From the NCBI GenBank assembly GCA_038064575.1, contig JBBTST010000005.1:1382-65381 (forward strand): a DNA stretch of 64,000 bases. The letters run 5' to 3'. Source of the stretch: Patescibacteria group bacterium. Its GTDB lineage: Bacteria; Patescibacteriota; WWE3; UBA101185; 2-01-FULL-41-18. The translations under genes were made by a program, and so were the position numbers. The notes under the pieces were generated by a model, which saw only the letters and a program-made list of their open reading frames with translations, made no database searches and had not been told where the DNA came from. Shown here one piece after another: positions 10,001 through 19,870 of this stretch; position 1 is the stretch's first letter; each line of letters begins with the position of its first letter.

Positions 10001-10936
10001 ATGCTGATTTCTGCCTTTTTGATCTTTGCCCTTTGTATAACCCTAGTTAAGTCTGCCGATTGGCTAATAAGCTCATCCTCCAGATTGGCAAAGCATTTTG
10101 GGCTTTCTGAATTTACCGTCAGTTTTTTTGTTATTGCATTTGCCACCTCTCTTCCTGAGTTTACTGTTGGAGTTGTCTCAGCGCTTGACAACAACCCATC
10201 TCTCTCACTTGGCAATGTTGTGGGATCAAACATAGCGGATCTCACTTTAATTCTTGCCCTTCCCATCCTGATTGGAGGAGGCATTTATACGTCAACACTT
10301 CTAAAAAGCAAAGATTTAATATACACCGTTTTTTTAGGTATTACACCATTTCTACTTCTCATGGATGGCGTGTTATCAAGACTTGATGGTCTGATCTTGA
10401 TATCGGGATACTTTTTTTATCTGGTTCTGGTTTTGAAAAAAAGTTCTTTTATGGAAAGGCTTGAAGAAAAAATCCTGCGAACCAATGTATACAAACAGTT
10501 TATTATTTTAAGTGTTTCAACGCTTCTATTACTTGCATCCTCAGATCTACTGGTAAAGGAGGCGGAAAGCTTAAGTATTAAACTCAACATTCCTCTAATA
10601 TTTATTGGTATAACTATTACAGCCATTGGTACTTCTCTTCCTGAATTGGCTTTTGGCCTTAAAGCCATCAAATCTGCTCACAAGTCAGAAGTGCTTGGAA
10701 ACGTAGCGGGGAGTGTAATAGCAAACTCAACTATTGTACTGGGAACAACGGCTCTTCTGACTCCCATTAGGCAGGAAAATATTTCCAATGCGTCCTTTCT
10801 CTCATTTTTTGTTATTCTTGCAATTTTTAGTGTGTTTTCAGTTACAAATAAGAGGATTGATAGGCTTGAAGCATTTATTCTACTTGTAATTTACATCATT
10901 TTTGTACTGGTGGAAAAAACTGTTGCCGGAATCTAA
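10001..10936 (+). CDS. Ca2+/Na+ antiporter (CaCA family)
   Basis: 311 aa with two alpha-repeat regions containing GNVVGSNIADL and GNVAGSVIANS, characteristic of CaCA exchangers. Confidence 0.7.
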   Translation: MLISAFLIFALCITLVKSADWLISSSSRLAKHFGLSEFTVSFFVIAFATSLPEFTVGVVSALDNNPSLSLGNVVGSNIADLTLILALPILIGGGIYTSTLLKSKDLIYTVFLGITPFLLLMDGVLSRLDGLILISGYFFYLVLVLKKSSFMERLEEKILRTNVYKQFIILSVSTLLLLASSDLLVKEAESLSIKLNIPLIFIGITITAIGTSLPELAFGLKAIKSAHKSEVLGNVAGSVIANSTIVLGTTALLTPIRQENISNASFLSFFVILAIFSVFSVTNKRIDRLEAFILLVIYIIFVLVEKTVAGI

Positions 10937-11859
10937 ATTGGCAAAGGCTGTCCAAGTCTTCCAAGCAACTTAAAAATAATGTTCCCATATTTTATATATG
11001 GGAATGGGTATCTATAAACTTCCCCGCCAAACTTCTTTTTAAAAAATGAAAAGCCTGCCCAAGTTTTTGTAAACTGTGGAAATCTCTCATCAGCTATGCC
11101 ATCCATGTCAAAGTTTTTCAACCCCTCTGATTTTAAAAATTTAATTATTTCCCAAAGTTGCAAATAATTAGCCAGGAGCTTTCTGCCTTCCTGCAAGGTT
11201 CCAAGTTCACTATAGTAACCGGTGTTTTGAAATATCAAAATAACGCCTGCCGATAAAATTTCGTTCTTTAAGTTTTTGGTTTCTACAAAAATAGCTTTTT
11301 TTCCAAAAGCCTTAAGCCTTTTCCTAAGGCTATTAAGGGTCGGAACCAACAAATGCCTCTCTTTTCCCGCCCTCTCAAAAAACTCCTGATACATTTTCAT
11401 CTCTTCTATAGTTGGAAATCTTTTAAAGCTGCACTTAATACCACTCTTCTGGGCTTTTTTAACTGAATATCTTGCGTCCTCTTTTAAGGCTTTGAAGAGA
11501 TCTTGCTCGTTTTTAGTTAGATCAACAACAATAGTAGAGGGCGTTAAAAGCGGGAAAAAATTAATTACGTAACCATGCCTTTTTAATAAAGCTATTTCCT
11601 TCTCAGCCGTTTTACTAAATACCATAGATTTTTCAGGTTCGTTTAGTTCAATCTTAATAAATAAAGCTTTATTCTCCTTGGCTAGACTGTCAATCTTTTT
11701 AAGCAGCTGAGTTGAAATAGTATTAGCCCTGTGAATCTTGATAACGCTTACAAAACCTATCTTTTTAATATAAACATATACCCCATCCACCAAAACAGCT
11801 TCCCAACCAAGCTCTTTCATATAATTTGCCCAGTTTCTAGATTGCCTTAAGTCTTTCAT
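10933..11859 (-). CDS. FemAB-family (GNAT-fold) aminoacyltransferase-like protein
   Basis: 308 aa with distant resemblance to FemABX / lipid II aminoacyl-transferase family proteins. Other peptidoglycan-type genes (Ddl paralogues) are present in the window. Confidence 0.4.
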   Translation of the reverse strand: MKDLRQSRNWANYMKELGWEAVLVDGVYVYIKKIGFVSVIKIHRANTISTQLLKKIDSLAKENKALFIKIELNEPEKSMVFSKTAEKEIALLKRHGYVINFFPLLTPSTIVVDLTKNEQDLFKALKEDARYSVKKAQKSGIKCSFKRFPTIEEMKMYQEFFERAGKERHLLVPTLNSLRKRLKAFGKKAIFVETKNLKNEILSAGVILIFQNTGYYSELGTLQEGRKLLANYLQLWEIIKFLKSEGLKNFDMDGIADERFPQFTKTWAGFSFFKKKFGGEVYRYPFPYIKYGNIIFKLLGRLGQPLPI

Positions 11860-11976
11860 TTGTGATTTCTGTTTTTGTGCAGGTTTTATTTGTCACTAGT
11901 ATCTAAAATGTGGGTACTTGTATATTAGTGACTGTATTGTAATATACCTCAAGTACAAATTTTTTTAAAGTAAGCA

Positions 11977-12552
11977 ATGACAAAATTAAAAATTAAAGTA
12001 ATTTTAGGAAGTACAAGACAGGGCAGATTTGGAGAAAAACCCGCAAAATGGATTTATCAAAAAGCAAAAAATGATGAGAGTCTTGATGTTGAGTTACTGG
12101 ATTTAAAAGACTTTCCTCTTCCATTCTTTGATGAGCCTGTTTCCCCCTCAATGATTAAGGAACCCTACAAACATCCAGTTGTAGCAAAATTCACCCAAAA
12201 AATTGCGGAAGCTGATAGTTTTATCATTGTAACCCCCGAGTATAATCACGGTTATTCAGCTGTACTTAAAAATGCACTGGATTATGTTTATAATGAGTGG
12301 AATAACAAGCCTCTAGCTTTTGTATCATATGGTGCTTTGGGGGGCGCAAGGGCTGTAGAACAGCTAAGACAAGTTGCGGTAGAGTTGCAAATGGCACCAA
12401 TAAGAGCAGCCGTACACATATCGGCCTTTTGGACTCTCCTTGATACCCAAGGAAATCTTAAAACTGAAAGTTTAGAAGAAAGCGGTAAAAACATGCTCGC
12501 GCAGCTGATCTGGTGGACAAAAGCCTTAAAAGATGCAAGATCAAAAGACTAA
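11977..12552 (+). CDS. NAD(P)H-dependent FMN reductase
   Basis: 191 aa flavodoxin-like protein with the ITPEYNH motif of the NADPH-dependent FMN reductase family. Confidence 0.7.
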   Translation: MTKLKIKVILGSTRQGRFGEKPAKWIYQKAKNDESLDVELLDLKDFPLPFFDEPVSPSMIKEPYKHPVVAKFTQKIAEADSFIIVTPEYNHGYSAVLKNALDYVYNEWNNKPLAFVSYGALGGARAVEQLRQVAVELQMAPIRAAVHISAFWTLLDTQGNLKTESLEESGKNMLAQLIWWTKALKDARSKD

Positions 12553-12593
12553 AACTCTCACCACTTAATACCAAAATAAGATAAAATGCCTCA

Positions 12594-13553
12594 GTGGCAA
12601 GCTTTTGGCAAAATTTGAAGTTAACTATTAAGCCTTTTTTTGTTTTGGCTCCTATGGATGGAGTTACTGATTATGTTTTCAGAGAAATAATTTCAGAAAC
12701 TGCAAAACCGGATGTTTTATTCACAGAATTCACAAGCGTAGATGCTCTTCTCTCAAAAGGTTATGAAAAGACCATTCCCAGACTCAAATTCTCACAAAGG
12801 CAGCGTCCTATTGTTGCGCAAATTTGGGGAACAAACCCACAATTTTTTTACAAGGTAGCCACAATTGTAAAAGATCTGGGATTTGACGGTATTGATATAA
12901 ATATGGGCTGTCCTGATAAAAATGTAATGAAGATAGGCTCAGGGGCCGCTCTCATAAACACTCCAAGCTTAGCTGCGGAAATTATCTTAGCTTCTAAGGA
13001 AGGGGCAAAAAAGCTTCCGGTAAGCGTTAAAACCCGACTGGCAAAAGATCCAAGAAATAACAGGTCCTGGTTCAACAGCCTGCTTAACCAAAATTTAGAT
13101 GCCCTTACTATTCATGGAAGAAGGGCAAAGGACTTATCTAAATCTTTGGTACAGTGGGATGAGATTTCCCAAGCTGTAAAAATGAGAAGTGACATGGGAT
13201 TAGACACAGTTATCATAGGAAACGGGGCTATCAAAAGTTTTACGGAAGCTTTGGAAGTACATACAAAATATGGTGTGGATGGGCTAATGATAGGTACAGG
13301 AGTTTTTTCAAATCCCTGGGTATTTGAAAAAGAGCCTAAAAATCATACAAAACAGGAACATTTAGACCTATTATTAAAGCATACTAAACTTTATTGCCAA
13401 ACCTATCAAAATCAAAGTAACTTTGCAGAGATGAGAAAATTCTTCAAAATTTATGCCAGAGCATTCTCCGGAGCTGATAAATTAAAAAAGCAGCTAATGA
13501 CAACCACTAACTATCAGGAGGTTGAAGATTTGGTTAAGCGTTTTCTTGAGTAA
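12594..13553 (+). CDS. dus: tRNA-dihydrouridine synthase
   Basis: 319 aa Dus family protein (LAPMDGVTD...GFDGIDINMGCP...). Confidence 0.8.
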   Translation: MASFWQNLKLTIKPFFVLAPMDGVTDYVFREIISETAKPDVLFTEFTSVDALLSKGYEKTIPRLKFSQRQRPIVAQIWGTNPQFFYKVATIVKDLGFDGIDINMGCPDKNVMKIGSGAALINTPSLAAEIILASKEGAKKLPVSVKTRLAKDPRNNRSWFNSLLNQNLDALTIHGRRAKDLSKSLVQWDEISQAVKMRSDMGLDTVIIGNGAIKSFTEALEVHTKYGVDGLMIGTGVFSNPWVFEKEPKNHTKQEHLDLLLKHTKLYCQTYQNQSNFAEMRKFFKIYARAFSGADKLKKQLMTTTNYQEVEDLVKRFLE

Positions 13554-13598
13554 AACACAAGTCCTTCCTGCTATAATCGCTCCTGCAGGCTAGCTAAT

Positions 13599-13687
13599 GG
13601 AGAAGTCGCATAGTGGTCGAGTGCAGCGGTTTACTAAACCGCCATACCCAAAAGGTATCGTGGGTTCGAATCCCACCTTCTCCGCCA
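13599..13687 (+). tRNA. class II tRNA with a long variable arm, Ser-like. The anticodon loop reads TTACTAA, giving an apparent anticodon ACU.
   Basis: Hand-folded cloverleaf: acceptor GGAGAAG/CTTCTCC, 3-bp D-stem, anticodon stem GCGGT/ACCGC, variable arm ATACC-CAAAA-GGTAT, T-arm GTGGG-TTCGAAT-CCCAC, and an encoded CCA. Confidence 0.7.
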
Positions 13688-13717
13688 GGATCTCGTCAAA
13701 AATGCTAGAATTTCATT

Positions 13718-14272
13718 ATGATACCCAATTTATTAACCAAGTCTTCAAATTGGAAAAAAGAAGCAGATAAAATTCTCAACAATTCGGATTTACTAAAAGT
13801 ACTGAGAAAATATGGAGAGGTTGAGTTTACAGGTAGTTACTCTTACGATTTAATGTTGTGCCCTGATGTAGATATGTTTTTGATTTTGGATACTTTATCA
13901 AAAACAAATGTAAAATCAATCGTTGATGCCTTAATAGATCAAGGCTTCTGGAATAGAATAAAATACACCAATTTCTTGGAGTTTCCGCATACTAGGTACA
14001 ATAATTCATTTTATATAGGGTTGAAAGCTGACATTAATGGAATAACCTGGAAAATGGATATCTGGCTTGTTTCCAAGGATTCCGTTACAGATTTTAGAGA
14101 AAATTGGGTCACTGATAAACTAACTAATGAATCCAAGCTTACAATACTAAATCTAAAAAAGAATAAGAAGGTAGATGAAAGTTCCTATGATATATACAAT
14201 GCAGTCTTAAACCATCAAATTAAAACTTACAAAGATTTCTTGAAGTGGAAAGTTTCTAAAAAGAGTGACTGA
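13718..14272 (+). CDS. nucleotidyltransferase-fold protein
   Basis: 184 aa with a minimal NTase signature, G-S...D-x-D (TGSYSYDLMLCPDVDMF). Confidence 0.4.
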   Translation: MIPNLLTKSSNWKKEADKILNNSDLLKVLRKYGEVEFTGSYSYDLMLCPDVDMFLILDTLSKTNVKSIVDALIDQGFWNRIKYTNFLEFPHTRYNNSFYIGLKADINGITWKMDIWLVSKDSVTDFRENWVTDKLTNESKLTILNLKKNKKVDESSYDIYNAVLNHQIKTYKDFLKWKVSKKSD

Positions 14273-14312
14273 TTTTAATAATTCCATTTGAAAAAAATTC
14301 CAAGCGCATCTT

Positions 14313-14324
14313 ACCTTCTCCGCC
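14313..14324 (+). repeat. 12-nt direct repeat ACCTTCTCCGCC, identical to the tRNA-Ser 3' acceptor end at 13675-13686
   Basis: Exact 12-mer duplicated 638 nt apart. It brackets the single NTase-fold gene. Confidence 0.6.
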
Positions 14325-14633
14325 GGTTTTGTTATGTTAATATAGTCGTGTGAGTGTAAATGATGACTTAGAAAAACTATCTGGTATATAATCACTTACT
14401 GAAGAAGAAAGTTTAACACTTATCAAGGATAAAAAAAAGAGCTTTTAACTGTGTTTTTGGATCACAGATTGTGGCTCGTGTTTGTGAAAGAATATGATAG
14501 TCCAGAGTGGTTAGCAGAACGTGAATCTGTTCCAAGAAGACGGACGTATATGCAAAGTAATTTTATAGAATCTGTTAACCTGGAAAAATAATACACTTAA
14601 TACCTATTTATTTGTTATACCATGTTGGAGTTC

Positions 14634-15905
14634 TTAATTTGGACTACCCGCCGTCTTTGGAATAGCCATAAGCATATTTGCTTGCGGATACCATCCCCCA
14701 CCCTTCTTCTGCCAGGCAAACCCCTCCGCACATGGGTCATTACTTCTAAATATAAATGGCGTTATTGCCACAATTCTTGCATCATTCAGCCAATAATTAG
14801 TAAAAGCATTTTTAAATCTTGCAGAAGTAGTTTCAGCAGCTAGCAAACTTTTTTGCGAGTACTGCACGCAACTGCTTTGCCCCTCTTTATGAAGCCAGCC
14901 CGTCTCAGTTATGAAGATGGGAAATGGTCCCACACCAAAATTATTTCTAAGTATATTCATTTCCCAGGTGTAATTATTGATTGTGTCTCTTGGACCGTAC
15001 CAACCGGGCAAATTATTAGGATCTCCGCTAAAGTTAGGGTGAGGATAAGAGTGTGTTGCCCAACCATCAATCTTTTTGAAAATTCCGGGAACTGTCTGAT
15101 TCATTTTAACTAAAAAGCTGTCTTCACTCATATATCTATCCTGTGATCTTGCACTGCTATTAAAAGCCGCAGGCATAATAAAAAAGTTATCACTCTTCTT
15201 TTTAAAAGCTTTAATTGCTTTATCAAGCGCTTTTGCGTATTCGTCAGGAGCAATTCGCTCACACCAGTAGTCTTTAGCATTGACCTCATTAAATACACTG
15301 ATGTATCTATATTTGGAAGGCCACTTTAACTTATTTAACATTTCGGCTAAACTGTCAAAATTCATTTTGTCCACTTTGCACTGGTTGTTGTTGTACAGCT
15401 GAACAATTGGAATCAACTGGCTTTTTGAAGCCTGGTCAAACATATCCTGCCATTTTGATTTGTCTCTGTCATTTATTTCCATGGTCAAAAGTACATACCC
15501 CCACTTCCCGCCATTGCTGTTAATAAGTTCGGCAGCATCCTTTATGTCTTTTGAAATGTTGTTAACATACATGCCAAATTTATTGTTTGGAGTGCCCCTG
15601 CCATAAAACACCTGTCCCCGTGCAGAATTAACACCAACAACTTTTGGGGTTTCTTTTCTCTCCTCAGGTTTTTCTAAAGGAATTGGTGGTTCTTTGGTTT
15701 CAACTATCCCAAGTTTAGCTTCGGCGCTTTGGGTAGTTTCTGTAGCTGAGGAACTGCTCTCTTTTGGAAGCACAGGACTTATAATGGCAGTTTTTTGATT
15801 TTGTATTTTTGTTGAAACAAAGATTCCTAACAGGGCTATAGTCAACACACTTAAAAAGACAAATACAACTCTAACGGTGACAAACCCAAATCTATTTTTT
15901 TGCAT
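14634..15905 (-). CDS. secreted glycoside hydrolase-like protein (clan GH-A-like)
   Basis: 423 aa with an N-terminal TM/signal anchor. NEVN (acid/base-like) and ITETGW (nucleophile-like) motifs are spaced as in GH5/GH26-type TIM-barrel glycosidases. Confidence 0.4.
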   Translation of the reverse strand: MQKNRFGFVTVRVVFVFLSVLTIALLGIFVSTKIQNQKTAIISPVLPKESSSSATETTQSAEAKLGIVETKEPPIPLEKPEERKETPKVVGVNSARGQVFYGRGTPNNKFGMYVNNISKDIKDAAELINSNGGKWGYVLLTMEINDRDKSKWQDMFDQASKSQLIPIVQLYNNNQCKVDKMNFDSLAEMLNKLKWPSKYRYISVFNEVNAKDYWCERIAPDEYAKALDKAIKAFKKKSDNFFIMPAAFNSSARSQDRYMSEDSFLVKMNQTVPGIFKKIDGWATHSYPHPNFSGDPNNLPGWYGPRDTINNYTWEMNILRNNFGVGPFPIFITETGWLHKEGQSSCVQYSQKSLLAAETTSARFKNAFTNYWLNDARIVAITPFIFRSNDPCAEGFAWQKKGGGWYPQANMLMAIPKTAGSPN

Positions 15906-16015
15906 AAACTTAGTGTCTCAAGAAAGAAAGCCCTTTGTCAAAAAACCAGGTTTTTATCACACTAGAACTCCCCTTTCCTGGTTGTCAAATTTTTAGATAT
16001 TAGGATAATAACTGG

Positions 16016-16630
16016 TTAGTTATACTTCCACTCTATTTGTTTGACTGAAGCTTCTTCTTCTCCCTTATTCTCCCACGGTAGATATACATTCAACGCATTA
16101 TTTGCAATTCCCAGCTTTTTAAATAGCGGATGAGTTGTTTCCCAATTGCTATTTACATCAAAAGCAAATGCTGAAGATAAAAAGTCATCATGATTTTCAA
16201 CAGAATGATCCTGGATTAACGATGCAAACACAAATTTACTCCCTGGATATTTGAGCTTAATTTCATTTGCGGCCAGAAATTTAGTTTTGCCGCCACAAGG
16301 GAAAGTATCGCAAAGCAGGAAAATAGGTGATTCAGGAAAATCAAAACTGGCAGTAGACAAATCAGCAAGCTTTTTAAGCTCATTTGAACCGTTATAAAGC
16401 ATATATTTGTATTGAATAGTAAGTATTTTGTATGTGTTTAGTTTATAAGCCAAAGGAATAGCGGTAAAAGCCCCTTCTCTTAAAATCGCAATCACTGCGT
16501 CTATTTTTAAGGCGTCTTTTGTTAATTTTGCTGACAGATCCTTCCATAGATCTTCAATAAGTATTCCATAATGTTCCCAAGTCAGAGGAAAAAAACTTTC
16601 GTTATTCATATTTAAGGCGTTGTGAACCAC
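16016..16630 (-). CDS. phosphoribosyltransferase-like protein
   Basis: 204 aa. IFLLCDTFPCGGKT resembles the PRPP-binding loop of type I PRTases. Confidence 0.35.
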   Translation of the reverse strand: MVHNALNMNNESFFPLTWEHYGILIEDLWKDLSAKLTKDALKIDAVIAILREGAFTAIPLAYKLNTYKILTIQYKYMLYNGSNELKKLADLSTASFDFPESPIFLLCDTFPCGGKTKFLAANEIKLKYPGSKFVFASLIQDHSVENHDDFLSSAFAFDVNSNWETTHPLFKKLGIANNALNVYLPWENKGEEEASVKQIEWKYN

Positions 16631-16859
16631 TTTTTTGTACTATCCAGGTATTCATTGCATCAAGATAGGAATTAATTATCTCACCAATTGTACCTTTAAA
16701 TTTCAACTGTAAAAAGAGGTATCTTAAGATTATAATGGGAACATGCCTGCCGTAGCAAAAAATCTTGATCAAATCCCATTAGATGAAGCCCCTTACGTGG
16801 AAGAAGCATCAATTGACAAAGATTTTGGTATAAAGCGTTGAAATGTAAAAAGGTTTTGA

Positions 16860-17642
16860 ATGAAAGTTAAATTCATCCCAACAAAAGATGAAAGAAATCT
16901 TGAGGTCAACAATCTTATAAAGACAAAGTTCCCCCATTTTTTAATTGAGCACTCTCCTGAACTCTTACTTGTTGTAGGCGGGGATGGTGCCTTATTACAC
17001 GCCATTCAAGAATATAACAACTTACAAATTCCATTCTTTGGCATTGCGGGAGGTACTCTTAATTTTATGATGAATCCCATTGAAGATCTTGAAAGCTTTC
17101 TCATGGATTTGATAACAAAAAATCCAATTCTTCATACAGTAGAAACAACTTCAATAAAAACGGCACTTCATAAACAGAAAGAAGAGAGAAAGTTCATAGG
17201 CTGGGCAGTTAACGACGTTGTTCTTGGCACAAGCATAATGGGCTATCACAAGTTTGTTATTAACTCAACAGATGGCTCCTTTGAAGATTTTGCCATAAAC
17301 GGCTCTGGAATTTGTTTAAGTACAGAGCTTGGTTCAACAGGTTATAATTTTAATCTTGGAGGCTCAATTCTTCCCATGGGAAGCAATCTCTGGTCACTAA
17401 ATGGCATAGTTTGCAACAGATACCTGGATGACATTCTTAAAACGCAAAGAATTACTTTTACCTGTGAGTCTAAGAGAGAACCTTCCATTCTATTTATAGA
17501 CGGTATGTACAAAGGACATGAACTAAATCAGGGTGATCAACTGATAGTAGAACAAGGCCAAATTATCAAATTAGCCTTCCTTCACACAGAAACTTTTATC
17601 ACAAAAAGAATTGAAATTGCCTCACGGTTCAGAAAACACTAA
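16860..17642 (+). CDS. nadK: NAD kinase
   Basis: 260 aa with a GGDGALLHA motif and NE/D short motif, as in the PpnK/NadK family. Confidence 0.75.
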   Translation: MKVKFIPTKDERNLEVNNLIKTKFPHFLIEHSPELLLVVGGDGALLHAIQEYNNLQIPFFGIAGGTLNFMMNPIEDLESFLMDLITKNPILHTVETTSIKTALHKQKEERKFIGWAVNDVVLGTSIMGYHKFVINSTDGSFEDFAINGSGICLSTELGSTGYNFNLGGSILPMGSNLWSLNGIVCNRYLDDILKTQRITFTCESKREPSILFIDGMYKGHELNQGDQLIVEQGQIIKLAFLHTETFITKRIEIASRFRKH

Positions 17643-17732
17643 CGGTTACTCAGCTAGCTCCTATAACCCAAATCCTCCTCTATAACCCTTCTTAAGCCTC
17701 TTTATCAGCCTAGTCCTGCTTTTTATTATATA

Positions 17733-18482
17733 ATGATGCATATGATCTACATTAAACTTTTGGTGTTACTATCTTTGATAGTAGCTTATCTGACATTTTC
17801 TTATGTCAGATTTTATCACTTTATAGGAGATGTAAATTTAAAAAGCCCATATCGGAGTAACCAACTCATGATTGGCACCAAACAAGAAAATAAACAAATT
17901 ACGTATGTAGCCTTAGGAGACAGTTTGACAGCAGGTGTGGGCAGTTCGGATTTCACAAAAACATTTCCTTATCTCTTTGCCTCAAAGCTTTCTCAAAACA
18001 ATGCAGTAGTCAAACTATTAAACTTAGGTTTGCCAGGTGGTACAACAACTGACGTTCTAAAAGATCAGCTTCCCCAAGCTATAAGTGAAAATCCAGAATA
18101 CATTACTCTTTTGATTGGCATAAATGACCTTCACAACAAGCAAACCCTAAGTACTTTTAAACAAAACTACTACTATATTTTATCTCAACTACTTACCAAA
18201 ACGCGCGCAAATATTACGGTAATAAATATCCCATACCTGGGCGCAAGTAAAATTGTTTATCCCCCCTTCAACCTGTTTTTAAATTATAGAACCAGGCAGT
18301 TTAATGAGGTCATTTCAATCCTCACCAACACTTCAACCCAAGCTGGAAGACTCAAGCTCATTGATTTATACACAAATACCTACTCTATAGCAAAACAAAA
18401 TCCCTCCTACTATTCAACTGATCTTTTCCACCCATCAGCAGAAGGCTATCTCATTTGGGGAGAGTTAATCAATGCAAATTAG
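17733..18482 (+). CDS. SGNH/GDSL family hydrolase
   Basis: 249 aa with a GDSLTAG block I after a signal anchor and a C-terminal DxxHP block. Confidence 0.65.
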   Translation: MMHMIYIKLLVLLSLIVAYLTFSYVRFYHFIGDVNLKSPYRSNQLMIGTKQENKQITYVALGDSLTAGVGSSDFTKTFPYLFASKLSQNNAVVKLLNLGLPGGTTTDVLKDQLPQAISENPEYITLLIGINDLHNKQTLSTFKQNYYYILSQLLTKTRANITVINIPYLGASKIVYPPFNLFLNYRTRQFNEVISILTNTSTQAGRLKLIDLYTNTYSIAKQNPSYYSTDLFHPSAEGYLIWGELINAN

Positions 18483-19566
18483 CGTCTTAGACCCTTTTTT
18501 CCAAACAGCTCTGTTTACATCTTTTTTTATGGCTCTCGTTATTTTTTCAGCCAAAAAAGACTTAAAACCCCATGACATGAACCACTCGCACACAAATGAG
18601 CTTAAAGGCGTAGCTATATTAATGGTGCTCTTTTCTCACATAGGTTATTTTTTATTTTCAGATCACACCTTTTTATATCCGCTCTCAGTAGCTGGAGGTG
18701 TTGGGGTAAATATCTTCTTATTTTTATCCGGCTTTGGCTTAACTAGCTCAGAAATTAAGTCAAACAAGCCCATTCTTCATTTTTATTTTAAGAGGTTAAG
18801 AAATATTTTTATTCCAATGTGGCTAACCCTGACCTCAGTTTTACTTTTGGATGCACACATATTGAATAAAACTTATAGCTTACACACCATACTACAAGGC
18901 GTTCTTGGTTTTTTCCCAAATTCAGACATTGATTCCGCCATTAACTCTCCTTTGTGGTATTTCACTTTGATTCTTTTTTATTACCTTATCTTTCCTCTAG
19001 CTTACATAAGAAATAAACCCTATTTATCTTCACTCATTATACTGTTGACAGGTTTTCTTATAACACGCCTTGATTTGCCTGTATCTAAAGACGTCTTAAA
19101 ATTATATCAATTGCACTATTTAGCCTTTCCTCTAGGTATGGCATTTGCCAATGCGTATCAAAAGAAACAGATTATAAAACTAAAAGACTATGTAGTAAAA
19201 CATACCTCCTCCTGGGTGGTATCTTATATTTCTTATTTTCTGATATTAATTCTGTCCTTTCTATTTGCATATACAGCCATTCATTCCAACATTGGTAAAA
19301 GCGTTTTTGCTGAGCAAATTACAAGCATGTTTACAATGCTTTCCTTAGTACTTATCTTTCTGATCAAAGACGTCCAATCAGATTTGTTGATTATCTTGGG
19401 AAAATATTCTTATGAAATATATCTGATCCAGTGGCCTCTCCTGTACCGATTTGATTTGATTTATAATCATACACCAGCCTTCTTGGGCACATTTCTTTAC
19501 ATCTTATTTTTCTTTGTCATTGGCTTTGTACTTAATAAGTTTGTAAAACACTATCATTCTGTCTGA
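18472..19566 (+). CDS. acyltransferase family 3 membrane protein
   Basis: 364 aa polytopic membrane protein with the N-terminal H-containing motif of the acyltransferase_3 family. Overlaps the previous gene by 11 nt. Confidence 0.55.
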   Translation: MQISVLDPFFQTALFTSFFMALVIFSAKKDLKPHDMNHSHTNELKGVAILMVLFSHIGYFLFSDHTFLYPLSVAGGVGVNIFLFLSGFGLTSSEIKSNKPILHFYFKRLRNIFIPMWLTLTSVLLLDAHILNKTYSLHTILQGVLGFFPNSDIDSAINSPLWYFTLILFYYLIFPLAYIRNKPYLSSLIILLTGFLITRLDLPVSKDVLKLYQLHYLAFPLGMAFANAYQKKQIIKLKDYVVKHTSSWVVSYISYFLILILSFLFAYTAIHSNIGKSVFAEQITSMFTMLSLVLIFLIKDVQSDLLIILGKYSYEIYLIQWPLLYRFDLIYNHTPAFLGTFLYILFFFVIGFVLNKFVKHYHSV

Positions 19567-19603
19567 GCAGGGCCATATAAACAGGAAGAAAGGTAGTTTT
19601 TTT

Positions 19604-19870
19604 CTAACTGCAGACATTCCTAAACAAAGTACTGTACATCAATGAATCCTCTGCAACATCCATACTATTATCATTGGCAAGAGTCTTTTCCAAATTAGTC
19701 AATATCTTGAAAATATATGGGGGTACTTCCTTTTTTTGTATAGTTTTGGCTCCGGCAATTGCCTCTAATTTGAAAATCTCCGCCATTTTAAAAGATTTAC
19801 GATTAATTCCAATAGCTACTCTTAGTAAATCCATAGAAATGGAAGAAAGAGTTAATTTCACATTATTCAT
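19604..19870 (-). CDS. small hypothetical protein (88 aa)
   Basis: Second gene of a translationally coupled pair. Its start ATG overlaps the upstream stop as ATGAATAA. Confidence 0.3.
   Translation of the reverse strand: MNNVKLTLSSISMDLLRVAIGINRKSFKMAEIFKLEAIAGAKTIQKKEVPPYIFKILTNLEKTLANDNSMDVAEDSLMYSTLFRNVCS

Noticed and set aside
14273-14633. 360-nt ORF-free gap as a possible sRNA gene
   Set aside because: I found no convincing promoter plus terminator pair or conserved stem structure by eye. The gap is partly explained by the att-like repeat and a divergent promoter for the downstream minus-strand gene.
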